A stretch of 47,814 nucleotides of DNA from Octopus bimaculoides (lineage: Eukaryota). Under the pieces are notes generated by a model, which did not search any database, had not been told where the DNA came from, and saw only the letters and a list, made by a program, of their open reading frames with translations. This document shows positions 24,348 through 35,720 of the stretch, one piece after another. A program made the translations under genes and the position numbers. Where the stretch lies: contig NC_068987.1 in assembly GCF_001194135.2 (NCBI RefSeq), positions 43,342,823 through 43,390,636 of the forward strand, in the 5' to 3' direction. The first letter of the stretch is position 1; each line of letters starts with the position of its first letter.

Positions 24348-26356
24348 CTGGGCGTAAGTCCATTAATCATTAATTAACGAAGTTGACATTTTTGTTAATG
24401 ATTTAACTTTTAAGTTAACTTTGAAAATCATTATCGGACTAATTAACTTACGTTACATTTAGCTTCAGATAACTCAAGTCTGTTAACCCAAAAATTTCAT
24501 AAAAAACAGTAAACGTTTAAAAGTTTCTATTGTTTTCAGATTGTCTCAGCATTTTTAATATTGTACGCATCATTCTTTCAACTCTGATGTAATGCCACTT
24601 ATTATTATAAGTAACTTGTTTAGCCCTGCCTGGATTTGAAACCAAATCCACCAGCTTGTTGCTTGCAAAGACAGTGGGAAATTTTGTTTGTCCTGTGAAG
24701 AAGGAACAGTGATTGATGTGATTCTACTTGATCCGTGACCTCACTGAGGTGGATGCCAACAGAGAAAATACTGACTTCCATAAAATGGAAAAAATAAACA
24801 GAAGGAAAAAAGTTGGTATTTTGGTGTGAATGCAAATATTTTAGTGTGAACACAAATATTTCAGTGTGAATGCAAAAAGCTGTTACATGGTAGCAGGGCA
24901 TGCTAGAAATAGCAGTCAAATCTTTCCTTTTCTGGAAAAGGGAGCTGTTTACACGTGATTTCAATGTCACATTCGTTGAAAGCATGCAAAATAACTTGCA
25001 AAAGAAAAAAAGACCTACGAAACAAAACTCCCTTGGTGAGAAACTTTGTGGTCCCCACCACTCCTCCCACTTTTCTTCTTCGGAAAAACATGGCTTGCGG
25101 CAGGTTTGGAGATCAGATATGTTGAATGCACCCGAAAAAAAAACTGTAGAAAGAAATTATTCCACACCGAGGTACAACATATTTACCAAAAGAATAAAAC
25201 TTTGTACTGATTATACCTGTACTTTATGGTTGCCATCTGGGATCATTTTAGTAACAAATAAAACAGGTGAGATGCATTAAGAATTTCAATTTTAGTGTTT
25301 ATCCATAATGTTATTGCTTTTACACCTGTTAATTAAATTTACCTGCCCATAAAAGTTAGATTTATTCAGCAAGATCAGCTAAAATTACGTAACTATAAAC
25401 TAGTGGTATATAAAGCACCCAGTGACAAAATTTCTAATCTGTATGTAAAAAATTTACAATGTCACAAGCAAATATTGTGGACACCCGTCTTGAACCTGAA
25501 TAATTCAAAATAACGTGAACAAATAAGCATTACATTTGACAGATTTATCTGAACACTAAAGAAGATTTTTTTTTTCTTACACACACATATAACATGGCCT
25601 TGCTCAGTTGGGACTACACGTGTTATTTTGATATCTTTCCATAAAATTTGTTTATGGGGAGAAAAATATCAATAGATGTGTGAGTGAGAAAGAAACAAGG
25701 TGGGAGGTTTGGGGATGTGCTAGAAACAACAGACAGATTTCCCTTAAATCTTGCATTTCCCTCTGAAATTATTAACAATTCTTTTTTAAACTGAAAATGT
25801 TTTTCTCACGGGTTTTAAGTGCATAGTGAAAAAAAAAAAGCCATAATCGTTTCAGACTGGGGTGGTGAGGGGGGTGGCAGGAGTGAAAAAAAAATTTCAA
25901 AATTAAAAAATTTTTTTTTTTCGTGAGAAGATACCTCCCATCATTCTGAAGACTTTGATGAAAAACATTGGAGAAAACCCCAGTCAAAACTGAGAAATTC
26001 CAACATATGTGGGCCATCTGATCCAAAACTCCATTTTCCAGACCTCCCCACCCCGCCATCTTCTAAAACTTTTGCCTACAAATTTCTTTGTAATCATAAT
26101 CTATACTGTTTGAAAGGTATTTGTATAAAATTTCATTAAAAAATATCTATTTTCAAGAAAGTTATGAGGGGGAAAATGTCGGGTCCTGTGAACTTTCCAA
26201 AACAGTATATAAACAATTATTTGGTGGAAATTTCGTTAAAAAGTACCCATGTTTCTAGAAGTTATGAGGTAACAAAGTCAGTAGGGTGGATTAACATTAA
26301 CTTCTATTACATTTTCCAAGAATTAATGAAGTTAACTTTTCAATTAACGGTGTCCA

Positions 26357-26360
<4 letters not shown>
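24345..26360. mobile_element. Probable non-autonomous hAT-like DNA element (~2 kb) with nested repeats
   Basis: The left end CAGCTGGGC and the reverse-complemented right end CAGATGGAC are each followed by clusters of GTTAAC/ATTAAC-like subterminal motifs. No transposase ORF was seen. Confidence 0.5.
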
Positions 26361-26436
<76 letters not shown>

Positions 26437-26805
26437 TAGGCAAAGTAGATAGTGGAGCATAATGCAGTCTTTAGACTGTCAATTCCTATCAAACCATCCA
26501 ACTCATGTCAGCATGAAACATAGACATTAAATGATGATGGTTCAACTTGTGGTATGTTCACCTCCCTCGCTATTATTTAACTTGTCCTGGATACATACAC
26601 TAGTGGAAGATAGAACCTTCACCTGTACTTAATGTTAAGAAACATTAATGGCATCAATTTCACCAGTCAAGGAGTATCTCCAAATCTCCCTCCAGACACA
26701 GTAAAGTAAAGAAATATTATGGATTAAGGAACTCATCTGAAACAAATGCATAGAGAAAAGCAGAGAAACTCATTACAAACGTAAAGCGAGAAACCTGCTA
26801 CTAAC

Positions 26806-27574
26806 CTACTGAACTGTACAGCATCAACAGCAACGATATCCAGTTGTGGGAATGCTCTTCCCAATGTGTTGTAGCTTGGAGAAGCTTGTGCACTAAAATG
26901 ACACCATGGAGCATAGAAAAACACAAGAATACAGTCTGAACCAGTAGCATTATTCTCAAAAGTTAATTTCTGTAACAAAGTGGTGCCATTCACCATCTGT
27001 ACGCTTCCAGTTGTGTTCTCTGTGATGTTTTTACCTGTACAGTGGAAGCGTGGTTTTTTACTAACAGTCTCATTTTTATCTTGGTCTGCAGCTGAGATCT
27101 CCCCCATTGCACTACTGTTAGAGCTGGTATTAGTAGTGGCCTCAGCATTTGCATCAACTGCTGCTGTCGTGCCACTGACTGTTGTTCCATTTGTTGTTGA
27201 TGAGTCAGCTACAACAGAAACTCCTTCATCAGCAGTATTTGTTTCCTCTGCTTTGATGTAAAGCTCTATTTCCTTTTGAAGATCTGAGATGAAGGCCCAG
27301 AAAGAATACTGCACAGATTCTGGAATTAACAAAGAAACCCATTCCTGCCAAAGTTCTTTCTCTTGACTAACTTGTGTTGTTTCTTCAGGTGTCTTCTGTG
27401 TAGCATCAGTAGCTGAGGATTCAGATTCCCCATCAAGTGGTTTAACTACAGTCTCTGGTGATATAGAATCTTTGGTAGCAGTATCAGTTGGTGTGTTTTG
27501 TTCAGAATTTGGATTTTCTTCCTTTGAATTTAGCTGAGTATTTTCCCTGACATCAGATGCCTGCAGAGATGTAA
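26806..27574 (-). CDS. TXNDC15: TXNDC15 coding exon 2 (769 bp; acidic Thr/Ser-rich region and N-terminal half of the thioredoxin domain)
   Basis: ORF 26733-27602 contains PRFHCTGKNIT...DCILVFFYAPWCHFSAQASPSYNTLGRAFPQLDIVAVDA, matching human TXNDC15 as I recall it (PKVNCEERNIT...[30 protein letters not shown]). Acceptor ttttttcttttag|TT, donor AG|GTTAGT. Length 2+765+2 fits phase 1 to phase 2. Confidence 0.95.
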
Positions 27575-28805
27575 CTAAAAGAAAAAAATATTTCCATATC
27601 AATATATTTCATAGAAATGTGAAGGTGAAAAAAAACAGAGAGTTCCAGAATAAATGTAGTATTGAGTTTCAAATCCTAACCATGTCTTTTTTCTTTTTTA
27701 CCTTTTATTGATCATGGGTCAATAACATAAGAATCAATACTGTTATATAATAATCTAAATTACTTAATTACATCCGTCTTATTGGTACACTTTTTATGTT
27801 ATTAACTCCAGGAGGATGAAAACCATAGATATGATTTGAACTAAGAACAATGAAATTTATAACTAGATACAACAAAATAAGTAGTGCAATATTTTAGTGT
27901 CCCAGACAGTTTTCCTACTTTAGAAGAAAAAATCCATCATAAGGACTATCAGTAGAATGTTGAGAAAAAAATTGTCAAATTAAGTTTCACATATCACAAA
28001 AATGTTATATACTATAGTTTCAAGCATCATCATCCTCCTCGTTTTATGTTCACTTTTCATGCTTGCACGGGTTGGATGGTTCTTTTCTGTGATGGGTCGT
28101 TGAAACCCCTACTCGCTCATGTTTGATTTTTGGTATGGTTTCTACAGCTGGACACCCTTCCTAACACCAACCACTTTACAAAGTGTACTGGGTGAATATT
28201 TTTCATGGCAAAAGTACTAGAGAGGTTGTCATGACTTTGAGAAGGCTAAAGGGAACTTCTACACTCCACATTTAACAAAACGCACCAGCATTAGAGAGGA
28301 TAGGAGTGACAGTATGATAGATAGCAAGAGGTAGATAAATGAACATATTTTTAAAATATAGTTGCTAACTTATATAAAATATTTAAGGCTCTTAGATTCT
28401 GAGTATTATTGTACCTAATATAATTCAGCTCTAAACTCATTTGAGAAGTTGACGACCTTAATTCATGATCTAACAAACAAACTGCATTCATGCAACCATA
28501 AGAAAGGAATCATCATTTTAATGTTCACTTTTCCATGCTTGCATGAGTCAGACAGAGTTTAATGAGGCAGATGCCCTTCATGTTGCTAACCCTCACCTTG
28601 AAAAGGTATGCACCAGGTAGAGTAGGGTAATGTCTGTGGTTCTGAGCTATGGTTGGTGAGAGTCAAAATATGAGATAGGATAATTCGGTTGTGTACAGAG
28701 AAAACCAACCCTATGAGTATTTAGTGCCTAAGGGGCTGCTCCAAATTACACATTACTTTGAGTAGTACGTCCAACAAGTCATAAATTCTCTTGGTGTATT
28801 ATAAT

Positions 28806-30981
28806 AAATGAATAATAACATACAATGGATAATTGTCAGCTCATTACAGCTGTTTCTTATATACATTTTTAATAGAAGAATGAGATTACATCATCATAAA
28901 AGACAGTAATCATCAGATGAGAAGTAATTCTACAAAGCAAAAGAATATCCAAGAATACAGCAGGGATGTGTCTGTCAAGAGAATGACTTACTATGTTGGC
29001 CATTTAGGTTAAGAATGTAGTTCTTGAAAATTTGATACCTAAGGTCAGTGACTCGGGTGAGGAGTCTGCTAGAATAGATCATGGGTAGACTGGAATAAGT
29101 TGTAGGAGATAATTTATTATAGTAGGCAATGGGTTATGGTTGTAAGGAGGGGTCATAAAACAATTAAGGATAAGGGAAAAAGAGAAGATAAATAAATCAA
29201 ACATAAGGGTGGAGAAAAAATAAAAATAGAAATAAAATAAAAAACAAAAGTGTACGAGTTGATCAGGTATAAGGTCAGGGTATAAGATTCTAAATGATCA
29301 GGGGAGGGAGATAGAGGAACATAGAATTTAGGGGTATTCAGTGGATATTGGTTGAAAGTGTAGGGAGGGGGGGAATATGAAGGCTATCAAATAATGAGAT
29401 CAAACTTTATGGAATTAAAGTTATAGTAGAGTGCTACCTATCAATAAGGAGTTCAAAAATTTAAAGCAGGATGGGGTTATAGAATGAACTACAGCTAGTA
29501 TGGGATTAGAAGAAATAGCAGATTGGAATCAAAGGCTCCGTAAATCTCAAGGGATGCTTACACAATGACTGTTCATCTTATAAATTAAGACATAGGGCTG
29601 GCAGGACGTCTGTAGCCACAAAGATTTAACAATGTTAAATTTGATTTAAGTTGGGACATCATTAGGGTTGCTAAACTGTATTTAAACAGTAGATACAAAT
29701 GCAGACTTTGCTGCATGGTGCTATTTGAAATTTTAAGTATCTAATAGTGAAAATCTACTACATAATAAGCTTGACCTTCGCCTTTCCTGTATACATAAGG
29801 CTACCTGCATGTTCAAATACCTTAAGAACATTAAACAACCTCTCTAATAGCCCCCAACCTTGGTCCAATCCAATTTGCTCCCTCTTTCACTGACCTATCA
29901 ATCTACCCATTCATTTCTGAACCCTCCTAGTCTCATTTTCCCTTTACCAATACATTTTAAACCACACTTACTATATTTGCTTTGTATGCTATATTGAAGG
30001 AACTAACCATTCTATCTGTGATATACCCGGTATTATGCAATAGCGATGACAGCGAGACTTAATTTCTTTTAGCCGCCTGCACACCGTAGACAGTTCGTTT
30101 CCATTTCTACAACTTATGTACTCCTTACACGCACACAAAGATAATTATACCATCCAATTTTGATATCATCGCCACCCGTTTAACATTCCATAGTTAATCA
30201 TTAGACTACTCCCTATCGCTGGTCTTCCTCGATTCCAATCTGCTATTTCCTCTAACCTCGTACTAGGTGTAGTTCATTATATAACCCCATCCTGCTTTAA
30301 ATTTTTAAATTTCTTATTGATAGGTAGCACTCTACCATAACTTTATTTCCATAAAGTTTGATATTATTTCATGGCCTTTGTGCTGTCCCCCACCTACTTT
30401 CAAACCAATATCCACTGAATACCCCTCAATTTCTGTCTTTCTCTATTCCCCCTCCGCTGATCATTTACCATTAGCTAGAGGTTCTCATACCCTGACCCTA
30501 TACCTGATTGGCTCATATGCTTTTTTAAAAATTTTATTTTTATTTTTCCTTCACCCTTATGTTTGATTTATTTATCTTCTCTTTTTCCCTTATCTGCAAT
30601 TTTTTATGACCCCCTCCTTACTTACCACAACTCATAGCCTACTATAATAAATTATCTCCTACAACCCACTCCAGTCTACCCATGATTTATTCTAGTAGAC
30701 TCTTTCTCAACCAAGTCACTGACTTTAGGTATCAAATTTTCAAGAACTACATTCTTAACCTAAATGGCCAATGTAGTTAGTCATTCTCTCATTTCATAGT
30801 TGGCCTCCACAGACACATCCCTGCTGTATTCTTGGATATTCTTTTGCTTTGTAGAATTTCTTCTCATCTAATGATTACTGTCTTTTGTAATGATGTAATG
30901 TTCTCATTCTTCTATTAAAACATTACGTAAGAAACAGATGTAATGAGCTGACAATTATTCATCGTATGTTATTATTCATTT
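28806..30981. mobile_element. Penelope-like element relic: ~730-bp inverted arms (28806-29535 and 30227-30981) around a spacer containing the GIY-YIG C-terminal half
   Basis: The arms align over their length as reverse complements. The plus-strand spacer reads (with frameshifts) YKLRHRAGRTSVATKI..VKFDLSWDIIRVAKLYLNSRYKCRLCC..ENLLHNKLDLRLSCIHK, like the PLE endonuclease tail (I.W.I...A.PY...C.LC...LLN...EL...C.H). Confidence 0.7.
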
Positions 30982-31259
30982 GGTTATGTGTGTGTATGTG
31001 TGAGTGTCCGTGTCCTTGTTTTGACATCATGTGATAGTTGTAAATGGGTGTCATACAAGCAGTGTCATTTATTTCCAATATTCTACAAAAAATGTCTAAC
31101 CACAAGGAAGTATTACCTTTCTTGGAAACAAATGAAGCTAATGAGAGGAAGGGCATCTGGCCATATGATATCTGCTTCAATAAATTCCATCTGACTGAAG
31201 GATAGAAGAGTAGATATTGAAACAGTGATGATAGCCTCATCTTTACAGTGTATATTTAC

Positions 31260-31790
31260 AACTACATTATGTTTTCACCAGTTTGACCTTTGACTCTTGT
31301 CATAGATATGTACATAACACCAGACTGGATTTGAACTAGAAACTTTTCTCTATTGAAGTTAATAACATTCTCTTGCACACCAAATCTGATTCCTTTCATA
31401 CTCAGCATTTCTCTCAGCTTATTTGTGCTGCCATTCATGCACATTAACATTTACATCCAACAGTGAATGTTTGCTTCATTTCTTTGTAGTCTTTGCAGAT
31501 GCTCTGCATTTTAAGTCCACATCTTGCTGCCATGCAGCATTGCACAACCATTACATTGTCTTCCCTCAATTCAGAGATAGAACCCCTTTGCTGCAAGCAA
31601 AGATAATAGCTCCTTGAACATTTTCCACCCAGTTAATACTATACTTTCAGAATACCCCCACTTCCACTGCTAATTATGTCACATAATAACAGAAGCTGTC
31701 ATCTCCTAAGGTCCACTACGAGATGTGATGTGAAACCAGTCAGAGATCAAACTAATCAAAGAAATGTAAATATACACTCATGATGAAATT
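31260..31790 (-). mobile_element. Old RTE-clade LINE fragment, same family as 1723-2030
   Basis: Degenerate SKGVLSL..., ..NVNV.., STNKLREMLSMKGIR.GVQE. Confidence 0.7.
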
Positions 31791-32364
31791 GACTTAATCA
31801 TCATCATCATCGTTTAACGTCTGCTTTCCGTGCTAGCATGGGTTGGACGATTTGACTGAGGACTGGTGAACCAGATGGCTACACCAGGCTCCAATCTGAT
31901 TTGGCAGAGTTTCTACAGCTAGATGCCCTTCCTAATGCCAACCACTCCGAGAGTGTAGTGGGCTTTTTTTTTAGTTTCCTTCTACTAAATCCATTCACAA
32001 TATTTTGCTCGGCTCACTATCAGACAGAATTCATTGAGACAGATTTTCTATGGACAGATGCCCTTCCTATCACCAGCCCTCACCCATTTACAAGTAAGGT
32101 AATATTTCCCCATGGCTGGACATATTTTCACAGAACAGCAGCACTTGGTATCAGTGACAGTCATTTACAACTATCATGTGATGAGATAAGCAGTTACACA
32201 CATACACACACACGTTTATCATCATCATCATCATTATTTGTCTGTGGAGTGCTCAGCCACTTGCACGTTAATTTCACGAGCAAGCTGTTCCGTTGAGTGG
32301 ATCAACTGGAACCCTCGTCGTCGTAACCGACGGAGTGCCAACCACGTTTATATAAACACACATA

Positions 32365-33606
32365 TCAATAAGTATTCGGACTGTTGCTATAGTAACAAGA
32401 CTAAAGCACACAGAGTGAAACTGCTTGGCACAGATTGACCTTGAACTCTGCTGTGCATGTGCACTAAGTCTTAACATTCTAGCTCACTTCCACTTCCAAG
32501 TAGTGCTTGGAAGGAATGTGTGTAGCATGTGATCATTGCATTGACCATGCCAGAGGATGTTGAGCAGAGAATTTGCATCAAATTCTGCCAAAAGCTTGGT
32601 GATACATGCTCAGAGGCCTATGCAAAGTTGCAGAAAGTGTATAAGCTGCACACAAGAGCACAAGTGGTTCGGACGTATCCAAGATGGCCAAAAAAATGTT
32701 GATAGTGACAAACGTTCTGGGATACCTGCAACCAGCAGAACTGAGATGTGCATGCAGCTGTGAGGGAAAATTATTGAATCACCATCTGTGAGTTATCAGA
32801 GGATGTGCAGATTAGTTATGGTTCAGTTCAAACCATTATCATTGAAGATTTGGGTAGGATACGTGTGTCTGCCAAGTTTGTGCCAAAACTGCTTTCAGCT
32901 GACCAAAAAGACACTCGGGTTTCAGTTGCACAAGATCTCCTTGATTGTGTCGAGAATGATGAAAACTTTTTCAAAATGGTCATAACAGGTGATGAATTGT
33001 GGGTCTATATCTACAACCCCGACACAAAGGCTCAGTCTTCGCAGTGGAAGACCCCAACCTCTCATGAGTCAAAGCAATGTGAAGACACTGTTGACCGTTT
33101 TCTTTAACTATAAGGGGATTGTTCATCATGATATGCACCACCTAGTGAGACAGTAAAGCAGGAGTACTATCATAATGTTTTGCGGCATTTGCGGAATGCC
33201 ATAATTGCATGCATCCAGTGAGTGGCAATTGCACCATGACAACGAACCTGCCCATTCAGTGCAGCTTGTGCAGCAGTTTTTGGCTAGGCACAGCACTGCC
33301 CAGGTCTGACAGCCACTGTATTCCCAGATCTCGCCCCTTGCAACTTTTTCCTCTTTCCAAAAATCAAATCCCACTTGAAAAGAAGAAGATTTCAGGACAT
33401 CAAGGAAATCAAAGTGAATATGACGAGGCAGCTGCTGATTATCCCAGAAAATGAACTCCAGGAATGGTTCCATCAATGGAAACAGCGCTGGATTAAGTGT
33501 GTGGCTTCCGAAGGGGACTACTTTGAAGGAGACTAAATGCCAAATTGGTATCTGTTGTAGTTTTGTTTTTAAAGCACCAGTCCAGATACTTATTGATCAG
33601 ACCTCG
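32365..33606 (+). mobile_element. Mariner (DD34D) transposon with a disrupted transposase (ATG 32547 to TAA 33536)
   Basis: MPEDVEQRICIKFCQKLG..., VSAKFVPKLL, VITGDELWVY, LHHDNEPAH, YSPDLAPCNFFLF, EGDYFEGD*, with several frameshifts. The right TIR cagtccagatacttattgatcagacctcg matches the partial left TIR tcaataagtattcggactg. Confidence 0.95.
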
Positions 33607-33612
33607 TGTGTG

Positions 33613-33646
<34 letters not shown>

Positions 33647-34379
33647 TACATATATATAAAATCATCATCGCTTTAATGCACATTCTCCTATGCTTATACC
33701 AGATAATTTATTGTCAAATGGAAGTGAAGGACACTACTGTATAATGGAGACGCTCTTTTACAACTACCGTGTCAAGACAAAGAAACACCAACTTACACAT
33801 ACACACACATAAACATACATATACACTTTGATTTAGGGGGCACGTGATATGTCCAGATTAATTTTATACTAAACTGACCATGGTGTCATGTACATCGAAA
33901 TCGCAATCTAAGCCCTTTTCGATACTGTAAGCATTTAAAGTCCTACGCATGTTCTATTTGGTATAACGAAGTTGAAGACGTATAAGAATATTCTTGTGCA
34001 TTTAAGATAGTTTATTTTCATTCAGCACTTCTGTACGTATTTAGCACAAGGCCCGAGATATTGTAGTTCTTTGGGCCTCTGATCAAGTAGACTTATGCCC
34101 AAAGATTCTCCAGCTGTGACCATCCACCTCTCTCCTCCCACCCTGTTATTACATCCGTCTAGGGAGACGGTCTTAAACTCTGACCGACGGACTTTCGGAA
34201 TAGCTACCACTTCCACTTGGAAGGAAAAGGGTGGTTGTTACCTTCTGTGAAAGAATTTTTTCACCAAAAAAATTTGGTTCGTTTACATTTTTGTCCCACA
34301 ATTCCGGGCCCTTTCTGATAAATTATTACATCCGTCTTGCGAAACGAATATACATATAAAAATGTACTCCTTCTTTCTA

Positions 34380-34487
34380 GGTATATTGTAGCTATTGAGT
34401 TATGCGTTTAAGACAATAAAGTGTACGATATGAGGTAGATTTGGCCGTTATTTCTAGCAGATCGGGCAACCTTATGAAAGCTTCCCT
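34380..34487 (-). mobile_element. SINE-like repeat, family C (CTGCTAGAAATA core); other copies ~3195-3345, 4125-4310, 13945-14100, 24895-24930
   Basis: Shared core gatc/gacc-tgctagaaata(g/a)c(a/g)g(t/c)caaa. Confidence 0.65.
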
Positions 34488-34866
34488 TGGTGAGCGGTGT
34501 GATGCGACGTCCATGCCTTCGTCGGGAACATTCGCGAAGTAAGTGAATTAAAAGTGCTTCCCCCGGTAATAAAATTCAGTTATATAATTTTTTTTGCTCG
34601 GGTCAAACACTTTAGTTTGACCAAAAAGAGAACATGTGCTCAAAAAAGCACCATCGTAACAAAAAAAAATTAAATTATCGATAATAAACACAGTGGTTGA
34701 GTTCTACACGAAATATTAAAATTCAACTTAACACAAGACGAGACTTGTTTTATTTTGCTCTTTATAATTACCGTCCAAATCTCTTATTAAGGTAATTACA
34801 CAGAAACATTGTTATATATGTGATATGCACGAGTATATATTACAATAGAAAATTGTTTTCTCTTAC

Positions 34867-34924
34867 CTAGCATTACAAACACTGCCAGGCTATAAATACA
34901 AACAAACAAGCTGGGAGCAGCCAT
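34867..34924 (-). CDS. TXNDC15: TXNDC15 coding exon 1 (start codon and signal peptide MAAPSLFVCIYSLAVFVML-)
   Basis: Minus strand aatATGGCTGCT...CTAG|GTAAGA: 19 codons plus 1 nt, followed by a strong donor. The phase-1 end matches the phase-1 start of exon 2 (G|TT = Val). The peptide is hydrophobic and signal-like, and the exon lies in the CpG-richest part of the window. Confidence 0.85.
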
Positions 34925-35160
34925 ATTTGAACATACATTTACCGAAGTTCGCCAGAAAACGGTCTGTGATTGGTCGTTGTACAGCGAATATACTTGCACT
35001 GGACAAATTAAGAGATTGCTTATATCAACTACAATTCAATGAAAAAACAAAAAATCCGAGTCACTGTCTATGGTTGTGTTGACTTTTTTTTATGGATGAA
35101 AGCATTAAAAGCTGATTATAAATAATTATGCAATGAGTAAAAAACTACAATTAATGAATG
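34925..35160 (-). promoter_or_regulatory. Probable TXNDC15 5' UTR and proximal promoter; CCAAT motif at 34969-34973
   Basis: Directly upstream of the ATG with locally retained CpGs. ATTGG on the plus strand reads CCAAT on the gene strand. The TSS cannot be fixed from sequence alone. Confidence 0.4.
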
Positions 35161-35163
35161 ACT

Positions 35164-35720
35164 GGATCTATTTTAAAACGGGGGCCACATTTTTCATTAA
35201 TGTTTTACGTAGTGTTTTTGGTACGGAAAGACTTTCAAACTTCGTATACTTATCTATTTTGTGTTATAGAACAGAAAAATATTTTTGTATTCGAATTTAT
35301 TTCATGTAAAAAATTGTCTTATTTCGATAATTTCAACCAATCACTGACAAGTATTCAGTTGTTTATATTTACTCCTTTGGCTGATTAATCGATGTAAAGC
35401 GTATTTAATCTCCATACCTTCGTTTTATTTGTTTTTTTTCATTTTAAATTTGCTTTAACCCTAACCCTAACCCTAGGGTTAATTGTTTCAGAATCGTTTG
35501 TTTATGTAGTCGGCACTTAATGTATATCGGCTGAATGGACGTCAGTGATTGGTTGAAATTACAGAAATACGACAACTTTAACATGGAATAACTTATGGAT
35601 TTCTTTTTTTTTTAAGAAGACTAAGAGAAAAAGATGTTTTATATGACACATTCTACCAGTGTTCCAAGTTTCAAAGTGTTTCGTTAATGAAAAATGTGGC
35701 ACCAGTTTTAAAAAAGATCC
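35164..35720. mobile_element. MITE-like element with 37-bp imperfect TIRs, 240 bp upstream of the TXNDC15 ATG
   Basis: GGATCTATTTTAAAACGGGGGCCACATTTTTCATTAA (35164-35200) versus the reverse complement of 35684-35720, GGATCTTTTTTAAAACTGGTGCCACATTTTTCATTAA. Further subterminal similarity (actttcaaactt / actttgaaactt). Confidence 0.8.

Noticed and set aside
26733-27602. Treating the 289-aa ORF as a complete single-exon protein
   Set aside because: MIWKYFFLL is the polypyrimidine tract and acceptor, and RLVAGF...CFR is intron read-through. The true continuation is at 6648-6778 and the true start at 34924.
28900-28980. Hammerhead ribozyme in the Penelope-like arms (CAGATGA-GAAG..CTAC-AAAG)
   Set aside because: Both arms deviate from the CUGANGA/GAAA core in the same way and no stem III or cleavage triplet is evident. 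Only a consensus-level covariance search could rescue it.
35456-35481. True telomere or telomere-fusion scar
   Set aside because: Only three hexamers, located inside a TIR-bounded element, so more simply a feature of that repeat.
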